Shown piece by piece: positions 45,219-54,249 of a stretch of DNA of 58,567 nt (position 1 is the first letter of the stretch; each line of letters opens with the position of its first letter). The notes under the pieces are model-generated. The model did no database searches and had not been told where the DNA came from. It was given only the letters and a program-made list of their open reading frames with translations. The position numbers were made by a program, and so were the translations under genes. This DNA comes from Chloroflexota bacterium (GTDB taxonomy: Bacteria > Chloroflexota > Anaerolineae > Anaerolineales > Villigracilaceae), in contig VGNF01000001.1 in assembly GCA_016866195.1 (NCBI GenBank), forward strand, positions 1 to 58,567. Direction: 5' to 3'.

Positions 45219-47174
45219 TCATGCCTTTTCCCCCCTGAATTGCGTTTCGTACAGCTGGGCATATAGTCCATTGTACGCAAGCAGTTCCTCGTGCGTGCCG
45301 CGCTCGACGATCTTTCCACGGTCCATCACCAGGATCAAATTCGCGGCGAGAATGGTGGACAGGCGATGGGCAATCACAATTGAAGTGCGTCCAGCCATCA
45401 CGCGCTTCAAGGCCTCCTGGATCAACGATTCAGATTCGCTGTCGAGGTGGCTGGTGGCTTCGTCGAGCACGAGGATGCGCGGATCCTTGAGGATCACGCG
45501 CGCCAGGGCGATGCGCTGTTTCTCGCCTCCGCTCAGGCGGTAACCGCGCTCACCCACGATCGTGTCATAGCCATCGGGCAGGTCGGCGATGAAGCTGTGG
45601 ATGTTGGCGGCGTGCGCCGCGGCCTCGATCTCCGCCTGCGAGGCATCCATCTTCGCGTAGGTCAGGTTCGTGCGGATGGTGTCGTGGAAGAGATAGGTCT
45701 CCTGAGTCACCATGCCGATGGCGGCGGAAAGCGATTCGAGCGTGACCTCGCGCAGGTCGTGCCCGTCGATGCGGATGGTGCCGGCGGTCGGATCGTAAAA
45801 TCGCGGAATCAAATAGGTCACTGTGGTCTTGCCCGCGCCCGACGGACCGACCAGGGCAATCAGACTCCCGGCCGTGGCTTTGAAGGTTATTCCATCGAGG
45901 GCGACCTCTCGCGCTTGCGAGATGGATTCGGATTCGTCGGAGTCCGATGCGTCATCCATCCCCCGTCGCCCATCATCAGTGGACTGTTGTTTATCCGCAA
46001 GCGACATCACCGCTTTCACATTCTCCATGCTGCCGTAGCGTTTGACTTCGCTGAGCAGTTTCGCCTCGTCGATGCTGTAGTCGAAATATACGTTCTCGAA
46101 TTCGAACCCGCCGCGGACCTCGTGAAGTCTCACCGCATTCTCCCTCTCGACGATGTCTTGCGGCAGGTCGAGCACCTCGAAGACACGTTCGAAAGAAACC
46201 ATGCTGGTGCTGAAATCCACCGGCGCGGTGGCCAGGCCCTGCAGCGCGCCGTAGAGCCGGCCGAGATAGGCGCCAAAAGCAACGATGGTGCCGACCGTGA
46301 ACGTGCCCTGGATGACGTACCAGCCGCCCAGGCCGTAGACCAGCGCCGTGCCAACCGCGCTGACCAGTCCAAGGATGATAAAGAAGGCCGAGCCGATCAC
46401 CGCGCGCTGCACGCCGATGTCGCGCACTCCCGCGGCGCGGCTGCGAAAACGCGCCTCCTCCTCGCGGGCGCGGCCGAACAACTTGACCAGCAGCGCGCCG
46501 CCGATATTGAGGGTCTCGTTCATATGCGCGTTCATCTGCGCGTTCAGGTCCATCGCCCGCCGCGCGATCTCGCGCAGCGACAGGCCGAGCTGCCGCGCGA
46601 CGATCAGGAAGAGCGGCAGGACGATCACGCTGAGCAGGGTCAGCTTCCACTCGAGCGCCAGCATGACGGACAGGATGGCGGCTGCCTCGATGATATTGGT
46701 GACGATGTTGACAATGGTGCTGGAGATGGCGTTCTGCGCGCCGACCACGTCGCTGTTGAGGCGGGACATCAGTTCCCCGACCTTGGTGTTGGTGAAGAAC
46801 CGCAGCGACATGCGCTGCAGGCGCGCGAAGAGCGAGGAACGCAGGTCGTAGATCACGCCCTCGCCCACGGCCGCGTTCAGGCGGCGCTGGATCACCGAGA
46901 TCCCGCCGTTGAGGATCGGCAGGAGCAGCAGCGCCAGCGCCAGCACGACCAGCCGATTCAGATCCTTCTGCGGCAGCACCGAATCGATCATCGTCCGGAA
47001 GATCAGCGGCGAGACCAGTCCCACCGCCGTGCTGAACAGGATGGTCACCAGCATGCCGCCGATGTGCCCCCAGTACGGCCGCGCGTAGGCGAGGACGCGC
47101 AGCAGCAGATCCCGGGTCACCCGGGGTTTTTGGTCGCCCTGGCGCATGGCCATGAACCAGCCGTATCCGTGCAT
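45219..47174 (-). CDS. ABC exporter, fused permease/ATPase (MsbA-like)
   Basis: Six-TM ABC_membrane domain, Walker A GPSGAGKTT, signature LSGGEKQR and Walker B ILVLDEATS. An unusual acidic insertion of about 55 aa precedes Walker A. Confidence 0.9.
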   Translation of the reverse strand: MHGYGWFMAMRQGDQKPRVTRDLLLRVLAYARPYWGHIGGMLVTILFSTAVGLVSPLIFRTMIDSVLPQKDLNRLVVLALALLLLPILNGGISVIQRRLNAAVGEGVIYDLRSSLFARLQRMSLRFFTNTKVGELMSRLNSDVVGAQNAISSTIVNIVTNIIEAAAILSVMLALEWKLTLLSVIVLPLFLIVARQLGLSLREIARRAMDLNAQMNAHMNETLNIGGALLVKLFGRAREEEARFRSRAAGVRDIGVQRAVIGSAFFIILGLVSAVGTALVYGLGGWYVIQGTFTVGTIVAFGAYLGRLYGALQGLATAPVDFSTSMVSFERVFEVLDLPQDIVERENAVRLHEVRGGFEFENVYFDYSIDEAKLLSEVKRYGSMENVKAVMSLADKQQSTDDGRRGMDDASDSDESESISQAREVALDGITFKATAGSLIALVGPSGAGKTTVTYLIPRFYDPTAGTIRIDGHDLREVTLESLSAAIGMVTQETYLFHDTIRTNLTYAKMDASQAEIEAAAHAANIHSFIADLPDGYDTIVGERGYRLSGGEKQRIALARVILKDPRILVLDEATSHLDSESESLIQEALKRVMAGRTSIVIAHRLSTILAANLILVMDRGKIVERGTHEELLAYNGLYAQLYETQFRGEKA

Positions 47175-47301
47175 TAATTAATCTCCCGAATAAAGGTCTG
47201 ATGAACGCGAAGTCAACGGTGATCTGCAGACCATCCGACTATAAGACCATTTGACCAACAGTGCAACTGGAAAATAGGAGAAGTTAATCGAAGTCTGATT
47301 T

Positions 47302-47362
47302 ACTGCTTTTTGCATAAATCTCTAAACTGAATGGAGTTGACATAATGCAGGAAATAGACACT
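47302..47362. repeat. left copy of an imperfect ~60-nt direct repeat
   Basis: ACTGCTTTTTGCATAAATCTCTAAACTGAATGGAG... aligns without gaps to 50061-50121. There are 28/32 identities at the 5' end and about 72 percent overall. Confidence 0.6.
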
Positions 47363-47570
47363 CGAGTATAGATATTTACTCAGCACCCTGTAGGGGGCTT
47401 TAATTTATCAGGACTGACAAATTACATATAGTTTTCATGCCCCAACTTGCAAGAACGAAATCATAGAACAAGTGGGACGCAAATCCCGACGAGTTTCTCA
47501 GGTGCTGCACGCGATTTCTGTCGTTTGAAATGGAAAAGCACAGAGGTGCAAACAACGGTAAAATACAGAT

Positions 47571-47903
47571 ATGAACAAGAAAATGCCGGCGCGAATCAAA
47601 AAACTTATGCAGGAGTTGAAAGAAGGACTCGACCGCATTTATGGCGGCAAATTAAGAGGCGTTTATCTGTACGGCTCCTATGCACGCGGGGATTATCGCC
47701 GCGGGTCAGATGTGGATGTAATGATCCTTTTAAGCGATTATGTGGATTACTGGGAAGAGTGGCGGCGCTCGAGCAATTATGTCAGCGATATTTCGCTGGA
47801 ACATGATGTAACCATCAGCTGTATTCTTATCAAGGAAATCCAGTGGAATCATGCGGACAGGCCTGTGATTTACAATATCCACAGGGAGGGGATAGCAGTT
47901 TGA
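47571..47903 (+). CDS. minimal nucleotidyltransferase (MNT), antitoxin-type partner of HEPN
   Basis: GSYARGDYRRGSDVDVMIL (G-S-x9-13-D-x-D) motif; 110 aa. It overlaps the downstream HEPN gene. Confidence 0.85.
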   Translation: MNKKMPARIKKLMQELKEGLDRIYGGKLRGVYLYGSYARGDYRRGSDVDVMILLSDYVDYWEEWRRSSNYVSDISLEHDVTISCILIKEIQWNHADRPVIYNIHREGIAV

Positions 47904-48274
47904 AGGAATATACCCGGAAGTTGCTCAATAAGGCGCTGGACGCCATCGAAGCGGCAGAGGGCCTACTGAATATGGATAAAGCGGAAATTGCGGCGGGGCG
48001 CGCCTATTACGCGATGTTTTATATGGCTGAAGCGCTGCTTTATGAGAAAGATTTACAATTCAACCAACACGGACAGGTAATTGCCGCCTACGGAAGAGAG
48101 TTTGCGAAAACAAACGAACTTGACCCCAAATTCCATCACTGGCTGAGATCGGGGTTTGACACCCGTATATCGGGGGATTACGATGTGGATACGGGGATCA
48201 GCAGTGAAATCGTCTCGGAAATGATCGCTCATGCACGGGAATTTTTATCTGCAGCACAAAACTACCTGGGTTGA
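47900..48274 (+). CDS. HEPN domain protein
   Basis: All-helical, about 124 aa (AGRAYYAMFYMAEALL...FDTRISGDYD). I chose TTG at 47900, which is preceded by GGGAGGGG and overlaps the MNT stop (TTGA). The track ATG 47843 would overlap MNT by 60 nt. Confidence 0.8.
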   Translation: MKEYTRKLLNKALDAIEAAEGLLNMDKAEIAAGRAYYAMFYMAEALLYEKDLQFNQHGQVIAAYGREFAKTNELDPKFHHWLRSGFDTRISGDYDVDTGISSEIVSEMIAHAREFLSAAQNYLG

Positions 48275-48290
48275 GGTCTTTCGATTAAAA

Positions 48291-48626
48291 ATGCCTGGCA
48301 ATAAATCTGCGTCGATAGCTGTCATCTTGACCGTAATCCTGCTTCTTGTCATTGCCGTGTTTTCAATTTTCATGCAGCTGGTGGCCTTCAACGGCGCAGG
48401 CGAGCGGCAGGGTATCACCGCCATGGGGATCTCGCTCATCTGCCAGGCGGCAGGGATCGTTGTCCTGACTGTGCTTGCGCGCCGGCTGACCGGCCTTTTG
48501 ATCACGAAATTGAACTGGAATGGGACGCTGGCAGTTGCCGCTGCTGTATTCTTAAGTGTCTTGTTCGGCGCAGGGTTATCGTTCCTTTCGATCATCATAT
48601 CCGCTCTGGCGGCTGGAATTGAATAA
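48291..48626 (+). CDS. small 4-TM membrane protein
   Basis: MPGNKSASIAVILTVILLLVIAVF... contains four hydrophobic helices. The SD is weak. Confidence 0.5.
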   Translation: MPGNKSASIAVILTVILLLVIAVFSIFMQLVAFNGAGERQGITAMGISLICQAAGIVVLTVLARRLTGLLITKLNWNGTLAVAAAVFLSVLFGAGLSFLSIIISALAAGIE

Positions 48627-48728
48627 AACAGGACGTAAAATAACGATCGAGACTTCGCCGCCTTCCCGCCCATCATTCTAGCAGGTATGGAGAATGCTTG
48701 TTCCGGGGGATATAATGAAAACATCCCG

Positions 48729-50048
48729 ATGAAAAAACTTGCGCGCATTCTCGCAGCATTATCAGCAATTGCCGGCATTTTGGTCCTCATCCGATCCCCC
48801 AAGGGACGGGCCGGCGGCTACTTGTGGCTGCCCAAGCTGCTGGCCGGCGCGTGGGCGCCGTTCCTAGCCATAGCCGGCGCGGTCGGCGCGCTGCTCGGCT
48901 TGCTGCGCGGCGATCTCACTTCCATGCTGACGGGTGCATTCGGCGCGTTCGCCGCGACGCGGCACACGGTCCGCGTGACGAGACGCAGGCATGATCCTTT
49001 CGAGGCAGCCTTCGGCAGGGATTGGGAACAGCGCATCCCGGCGGACTTGTGGATGCGGTTGTCGCGTCCCTATGAATTGATCCAGCCTTCGAAACCGTTT
49101 GGTCCGCATCAACAGAATGTGGATATCGGAACAAAACATCCCCTGCTGTGCGACCTCTGGCTGCCGCCGTTCGAAGCTCAGCGCAGCGGACTCGGTCTGA
49201 TCTTCCTGCACGGCACGTGGTGGCAGGCGGTGGACAAGGATTTTCTCATCCGCCCATTGTTCCAGCGCCTGGTGAATCAAGGACACGTAGTGATGGAGGT
49301 GGCCTACTCGCTCGCGCCCGCGGCGACAATCTACATAATGTTGGATGAGGTGAAACAATCCATAGCCTGGATGAAGGAGCACGCCGCGCATCTGGGAGTT
49401 AACCCCGAACGAATTGCCCTGATGGGCGGCTCGGTTGGCGGCGGACACCTTGCCCTGATGGCCGCGTACACCCCGAACTTTCCGGAGTTCCAACCCAAAG
49501 ATGTGAAGGCGGATACCTCTGTGCGCACCGTGATCTCGATGTACGGCGTCACGGATATGACCGCCTACTTCCAAGAATACGGCGTTTTGAATCCCGGCCA
49601 GCCGGAGATCAGCTCACAGATCACGGAGGAGATGCGCCCGTCCGTGCATGACAAAACATTGATGGACAGGCTGCTCACACGTCTGCGATTCTTCCCCGCC
49701 TATCGTTATTCGAACATGCCCGGCGGCGCGGCGCTGCTGATCGACCTGCTCGGCGGGACGTTGGAGGAAATCCCGCACGCGTACGAACGCTTCTCCCCGA
49801 TCACGCACGCCGGGGCGCACTGCCCCCCAACCCTGCAGATCTTCGGAGACCAGGATTTCGCCATCGAGGTTTCACACGGCCGGCGGCTGCACCGGGCTCT
49901 GCAAGCCGCAGGCGTGGAATCGGTTTACATCGAGTTTCCGGACACCGTGCACGCCTTCGATCAATACTTCGGCGTCTCGCGGCGCGTGGCTCCCGCGGCA
50001 CAAATGGCGACCAACGACATCGAGCAGTTCCTGGCGATAATGGTTTGA
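48729..50048 (+). CDS. alpha/beta hydrolase (esterase/lipase-like) with N-terminal TM helices
   Basis: HG oxyanion motif (IFLHGTWW) and nucleophile elbow GGSVGG. GATATAAT lies 15 nt upstream of ATG 48729. Confidence 0.8.
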   Translation: MKKLARILAALSAIAGILVLIRSPKGRAGGYLWLPKLLAGAWAPFLAIAGAVGALLGLLRGDLTSMLTGAFGAFAATRHTVRVTRRRHDPFEAAFGRDWEQRIPADLWMRLSRPYELIQPSKPFGPHQQNVDIGTKHPLLCDLWLPPFEAQRSGLGLIFLHGTWWQAVDKDFLIRPLFQRLVNQGHVVMEVAYSLAPAATIYIMLDEVKQSIAWMKEHAAHLGVNPERIALMGGSVGGGHLALMAAYTPNFPEFQPKDVKADTSVRTVISMYGVTDMTAYFQEYGVLNPGQPEISSQITEEMRPSVHDKTLMDRLLTRLRFFPAYRYSNMPGGAALLIDLLGGTLEEIPHAYERFSPITHAGAHCPPTLQIFGDQDFAIEVSHGRRLHRALQAAGVESVYIEFPDTVHAFDQYFGVSRRVAPAAQMATNDIEQFLAIMV

Positions 50049-50060
50049 TTGGCGAATCCC

Positions 50061-50121
50061 ACTGCTTCTTGCATAAACCTATAAACCGAATGAGGTCGAA
50101 TGATGGCAGCAAATCGCCACA
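50061..50121. repeat. right copy of the imperfect ~60-nt direct repeat
   Basis: ACTGCTTCTTGCATAAACCTATAAACCGAATGAGG...; see 47302-47362. Confidence 0.6.
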
Positions 50122-50161
50122 CGGGTTAAGATGTTAACGCAGCATCCTGCAACTTCGTCTG

Positions 50162-50215
50162 GGAAACGAACAAAACAGCGCACCCCATGGTTTCAGACCA
50201 CGGGGTGCGCTGTTT
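50162..50215 (-). terminator. Rho-independent terminator of the M28 peptidase gene
   Basis: 14-bp stem AAACAGCGCACCCC / GGGGTGCGCTGTTT, followed on the minus strand by TTGTTCGTTT. Confidence 0.6.
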
Positions 50216-50250
50216 CGATCTTCAGGGAATTTACCGATCGATATAAACGG

Positions 50251-51759
50251 TTACTCGGTCTCTTCGTGCTGACCCGAATTGCCGGGATCCAGCTGGAAGT
50301 TGCCCTTCCCCTTCTGTCCGTTGACATCCGCGGTGTTCATTGCGTATTGAAGCACAGAATAGGCAATGGCATCCGAGTTGACATCCAGTGCGTAATCATT
50401 GTTGTTGGCATACGTATCGCATGCCAGGTGATAGCACTGATCATACTGCTGACCGGCGACACCGCCCCAAATCGCGACTTCCTGGGCAGTCTTGATCCCC
50501 TCGGCTCCCGTGAAGAGACCACCGGAGGGAATGTTGTTGGCGATAAACGGACCATAGTCCGAACGACCGCTGAAATCCGTGCCCTTGAACGGCACTCCGA
50601 CGCTGTTAAAATATCTCTCGAAGGTCTTCTCGATCTCCGCCGAACCGGAGGGGCCGGGCCCGGCTCCCTGGGCGTCCGAGTCATCGCCGTCATAGATGAA
50701 GAATACGTGGTTCGGCGAGCCGACCATGTCGAAGTTCAGGTACAGGGTGATGCGGGCCAATTCCGCCGCGCTCAGGCCGTTGACGTAAGCCGTCGAGCCG
50801 ACCAGCCCGGCCTCTTCCGCACCCCACCAGGCAAAGCGCACCTTATTACGCGGTTTGACCTTGGCCATCTGTTCCGCCACTTCGATTAGTACAGCGGAGC
50901 CGGAGCCGTTGTCATTGATGCCTGGCCCGCGCTGGACCGAATCCAGATGCGCGCCCGCCATGACCACGTTGTTCGGATCACCCTGCTTCGATTCAGCGAT
51001 CACATTGTATTGAATGATATCCTGAGCCGGATCGACCCTGACGTGTGCAGTCGTGCCCGCCTGCGAAAGCGCAACTCCGTTGGCAAACGAACCGCCGACC
51101 ACGGGGATGCTTGCGATGAAGGGCAGGAGCGTTCCGACGATCAGATCTTCACGCTGAGGGGTGTTGCCTTGGTTGAAGATGATCACGGCCGAGGCGCCCG
51201 CCGCCTGTGCATTTTGGGCCTTGAGCGCGAAGGTGCAGGTGCCGCGCTGGATCAGAGCGATGTTACCGGCGGGGAACCCTGCAAAATCTGCGGCTTCGCA
51301 TCCACTGTTGCTGGCGCGCGGCGGCACGAGATTGATATCGACCGCGGTCACGGCCGCAGTCACATCACCATACCCCGTACCGGTAAAGGCGCCGGTCTCA
51401 TACGTGGCCGAGATGGGTGTTAGTTGCTGAAGCACCGCCGGGGGAACGTAAACAAACGGGAAGGCGTTGAGCGTCACGTTATACCCGGCCGCGGTCATGC
51501 GGTTCACAACATATTGAACGGAGGCGTCGTACCCCGGAGTTCCGGAGGCGCGGATACCCCCATTGGCATCGGCAATGGCCTGGAAGGCCGCCTGATGTTC
51601 CCGCACACCCCCCAGGGTCACACACTCCAGAAGCTTGGCGAAGGTGTTGTTTACCCGTGTGTCACAAGCCGCGGGGCCGGCCATGGCACCGGGTACGAAA
51701 GCCAGCGTTGAGGCGATGACTGCCAACAGGCTCAGAATACGGATGGATTTAATGAACAA
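50251..51759 (-). CDS. secreted M28 family aminopeptidase with PA domain
   Basis: GAHLDSV...GINDNGSGSA, EE (WWGAEEAG) and a later His site; a PA-domain insert is present. I chose TTG 51759, 6 nt after AGGAG, which gives the signal peptide M-FIKSIRILSLLAVIASTLAFVPGAMA. The track start 51795 is also TTG. Confidence 0.85.
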   Translation of the reverse strand: MFIKSIRILSLLAVIASTLAFVPGAMAGPAACDTRVNNTFAKLLECVTLGGVREHQAAFQAIADANGGIRASGTPGYDASVQYVVNRMTAAGYNVTLNAFPFVYVPPAVLQQLTPISATYETGAFTGTGYGDVTAAVTAVDINLVPPRASNSGCEAADFAGFPAGNIALIQRGTCTFALKAQNAQAAGASAVIIFNQGNTPQREDLIVGTLLPFIASIPVVGGSFANGVALSQAGTTAHVRVDPAQDIIQYNVIAESKQGDPNNVVMAGAHLDSVQRGPGINDNGSGSAVLIEVAEQMAKVKPRNKVRFAWWGAEEAGLVGSTAYVNGLSAAELARITLYLNFDMVGSPNHVFFIYDGDDSDAQGAGPGPSGSAEIEKTFERYFNSVGVPFKGTDFSGRSDYGPFIANNIPSGGLFTGAEGIKTAQEVAIWGGVAGQQYDQCYHLACDTYANNNDYALDVNSDAIAYSVLQYAMNTADVNGQKGKGNFQLDPGNSGQHEETE

Positions 51760-51856
51760 ATCTTTCTCCTCTTTGGTGAATGGATGGTCGTGCAATTTTC
51801 GAGCATCTTGCGATTTTCCATACAGATTGTGCCCTTCCTTCGAATCACCTCCTTAT

Positions 51857-51896
51857 AAACAAAAAGGCTGCCAGAAAAGGATCCCTTTCGGCAGCC
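51857..51896 (-). terminator. intrinsic terminator forming the expression platform of the c-di-GMP riboswitch
   Basis: Minus strand GGCUGCC-GAAAGGGAUCCUUUUCU-GGCAGCC followed by UUUUUGUUU. The 5' half of the stem is shared with the 3' end of the aptamer. Confidence 0.65.
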
Positions 51897-51966
51897 CGGC
51901 TGTCTGTCCTGTGTGACAGACCCGTGACTTTGCGTCCCCGCCTCGCGGCAGGTTGCCAGTTCGTGA
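51888..51966 (-). promoter_or_regulatory. class I cyclic-di-GMP riboswitch (GEMM-I)
   Basis: The minus strand reads CACGAACUGGCAACCUGCC-GCGA-GGCGGGGACGCAAAGUCACGGGUCUGUC...GACAGACAGCCGGGCUGCCGA. It matches the GEMM-I core as I recall it from Vc2 and clostridial examples: GGCAAACC, a GNRA-capped P1b, GGGACGCAAAGCC-CGGGUC and CAGCCGGGUUGCCGA. Confidence 0.78.
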
Positions 51967-51994
51967 CAGATGAATTAACCCTAAATTCATCCGA

Positions 51995-52023
51995 ATTATA
52001 TTAATCATGCCTTAAAGCCTCAA
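51995..52023 (-). promoter_or_regulatory. sigma-70-type promoter for the riboswitch-M28 transcript
   Basis: Minus strand TTGAGG, a 17-nt spacer, then TATAAT. It lies about 25 nt upstream of the aptamer. Confidence 0.5.
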
Positions 52024-52134
52024 GGTGAGGATAGAAATTGGATGGTCGGCCTGGAGCCGTATTTGCGGTTTCATCCTTGTTGCAGCTAATGATGGACTTG
52101 CTCAAGAATCGGCGTATACTGAGGGATAAACAAC

Positions 52135-52827
52135 ATGTTCGAAATCACCACCGCCTGGAAATCTGCTTTCCCCGGCGCTCACGCCGGAGTGCTTGTCATG
52201 CGCGATGCTTTCAACCCGGCGCAGCATCCGTCGCTGGAAAAGCAAAAGGCTGAGCTGGAACAGACTTTGCGGGAACAGTATGCCGGGCGGGACCGAAGCG
52301 CGCTCACAGGGCTTCCGATATTGAAGATCTTTCGTGAGTACTATCTTCGATTCAAGAAAACCTATCACGTTCAGCTGCAGCTTGAATCGATCCTCTTCAA
52401 GGGCAAGTCCATCCCAAGCGTGGCTGCGCTGGTCGAGGTCATGTTCATGGCTGAGATGAAGAACCTGCTGCTGACCGCCGTCCACGATCTGGATGCCGTG
52501 CAGCTGCCCCTCGTACTTGATGTCACACGCGGCACGGAGAGCTATCAAACCCTGCAGGGCGAAACGAAAACCGTCAAACCCGGCGACATGATGATCAGCG
52601 ACGGAACTGGGATCGTCTCGAACATCATCTACGGCCCGGACCGGCGCACGCAGGTCACTCCGCAAACGCGCAATGCAGTATTCACCGTGTATGCCCCCTC
52701 CGGTATCGACGAGGCGGTGATTCTCAACCATCTGCAGGATATGGAGATCTACGTGAAGGGGTTCGCGCCGCGGGCGCAGACCGAGGTGCTGCAGGTCCTC
52801 GGTGCCGAGCACAACGTGGTGCGTTAA
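52135..52827 (+). CDS. B3/B4 tRNA-binding-domain protein
   Basis: 230 aa. IPSVAALVEVMFMAEMKNLLLTAVHDLD...GDMMISDGTGIVSNIIYGPDRRT..T..T.N follows the B3_4 domain pattern. Confidence 0.65.
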   Translation: MFEITTAWKSAFPGAHAGVLVMRDAFNPAQHPSLEKQKAELEQTLREQYAGRDRSALTGLPILKIFREYYLRFKKTYHVQLQLESILFKGKSIPSVAALVEVMFMAEMKNLLLTAVHDLDAVQLPLVLDVTRGTESYQTLQGETKTVKPGDMMISDGTGIVSNIIYGPDRRTQVTPQTRNAVFTVYAPSGIDEAVILNHLQDMEIYVKGFAPRAQTEVLQVLGAEHNVVR

Positions 52828-52903
52828 TGTGTAAACCCCATCCGCCGCTTGGGAATGAAAATCACAAGACGGTATTTGGATACGTATGCAAGGAGGAGCA
52901 GGC

Positions 52904-53806
52904 ATGACCGCCAAGGTCGTCCTTAATCCATATTCCAACCGCTGGAACGCGCAGGCGCGCTGGCCCGAAGCGGAAGCGGCGCTCAAAGCCGCGGGCGTGG
53001 AATTTGAAGTGGCAATTTCACAAAACAAAGGTGGGATCGTCGAGCTGGTTGCACAGGCTGTCCGAGACGGCTTTTCGCCGATCATCATTGCTGGCGGCGA
53101 CGGATCCATAGGCGATGCGGTCAATGGACTGGCCCAGGCCGCCAGGTCGGGCGAGGAGCCGCTGGGTCCGCTGGGGATCATGCCGCTGGGCTCGGCCAAC
53201 GATCTGATCTTCAACCTGAACATGTCCGCCGACCTGGGGGAGGCCGCCCGGGTCATTGCGGCCGGCAAGATCCGCAGGGTCGACCTGGGCATGCTCAACA
53301 GCCGCTATTTCGCGAACAACTCCGCCGCGGGGCTGGAGCCCTACGTCACCACCAAGCATGAACGCATCCACTGGATCAAGGGCATGGCGCGCTACCTGGT
53401 CGCCGCGGTCTGGGCCATCATGGACAAGCCGGAATGGCAGGGCGAAGTCCGGTGGGACGACGGCGAATACAAGGGCCCGCTCTCCCTGGTCTCGATCGGC
53501 AACGGCAGGCGCACGGGAGGGTTCTTCATGACGCCTCACGCCGACCCGACGGATGGCAAATTAACCCTGGCCTTCGGATACCGCGGCACGCGGCTGGGAC
53601 TGTTCCAGGCGCTCCCGCGCGCCTTCAAGGAAGGGGAGGGCAGCTACGTGGAAATGGACGGCATGCACGAAGTACATTCGACAAAGGTCAGCATTCACCT
53701 CGACCATCCCTCCCCCGCCCACACGGATGGTGAGTTGTTCACCGATCAAGTGAAGGATTTCGAGTACTCGATCCAGCCCGGACGGTTGCAGATCCTGGCT
53801 CCATGA
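52904..53806 (+). CDS. diacylglycerol/lipid kinase family protein (YegS/BmrU-like)
   Basis: GGDGSIGDAVNGL and GSANDL motifs. ATG 52904 lies 7 nt after AGGAGG. Confidence 0.85.
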   Translation: MTAKVVLNPYSNRWNAQARWPEAEAALKAAGVEFEVAISQNKGGIVELVAQAVRDGFSPIIIAGGDGSIGDAVNGLAQAARSGEEPLGPLGIMPLGSANDLIFNLNMSADLGEAARVIAAGKIRRVDLGMLNSRYFANNSAAGLEPYVTTKHERIHWIKGMARYLVAAVWAIMDKPEWQGEVRWDDGEYKGPLSLVSIGNGRRTGGFFMTPHADPTDGKLTLAFGYRGTRLGLFQALPRAFKEGEGSYVEMDGMHEVHSTKVSIHLDHPSPAHTDGELFTDQVKDFEYSIQPGRLQILAP

Positions 53807-54237
53807 ATTTCGGACACGCATCGGGCGCGATCGCCGGCATGCTTCCCATTCATCGAGTGGAGACCTACCTTCAGCACTTTCCATCCCATCTGCGGGATAT
53901 CGTGCTCGAACTGCGGAACATCATTCTCTCGGTCGCACCGGACGCGGTGGAAGTGATTCGTTGGAAGGGTTTGAGTTACTTCCACGCGGGACGCGGAGGC
54001 ATCGTCAGCGCCGGCATCTGTCAGATCGGGATCCAGGACGACCGGGTTCACCTGGGATTCATCCACGGCGCATTTCTGCCCGATCCGCGCGGACTGCTCC
54101 AAGGGACGCGCAAGGCCAAACGCTTTGTGCGGATCGAATCCTTTGACCGGGCTCCATGGGAGGATTTAAAGAACTTGATCCTCGCCGCCTCCAACTTCGA
54201 CCCACGCGCACTTCATCCGCAACAATATGAAATCTAG
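53803..54237 (+). CDS. DUF1801 (YdhG-like) domain protein
   Basis: LRDIVLELRNIILSVAPDAVEVIRWKGLSYF...VHLGF pattern. Its ATG overlaps the upstream stop. Confidence 0.7.
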   Translation: MNFGHASGAIAGMLPIHRVETYLQHFPSHLRDIVLELRNIILSVAPDAVEVIRWKGLSYFHAGRGGIVSAGICQIGIQDDRVHLGFIHGAFLPDPRGLLQGTRKAKRFVRIESFDRAPWEDLKNLILAASNFDPRALHPQQYEI

Positions 54238-54249
54238 GAGCCAAACCTC

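Noticed and set aside
51804-51856. Perfect SD-like AAGGAGGUGAU right after the riboswitch terminator, and a 29-codon upstream ORF (ATG 51821)
   Set aside because: No start codon lies at a proper distance from the SD. The mini-ORF is out of frame with the peptidase and unremarkable. It is noted only as a possible leader-peptide artefact.
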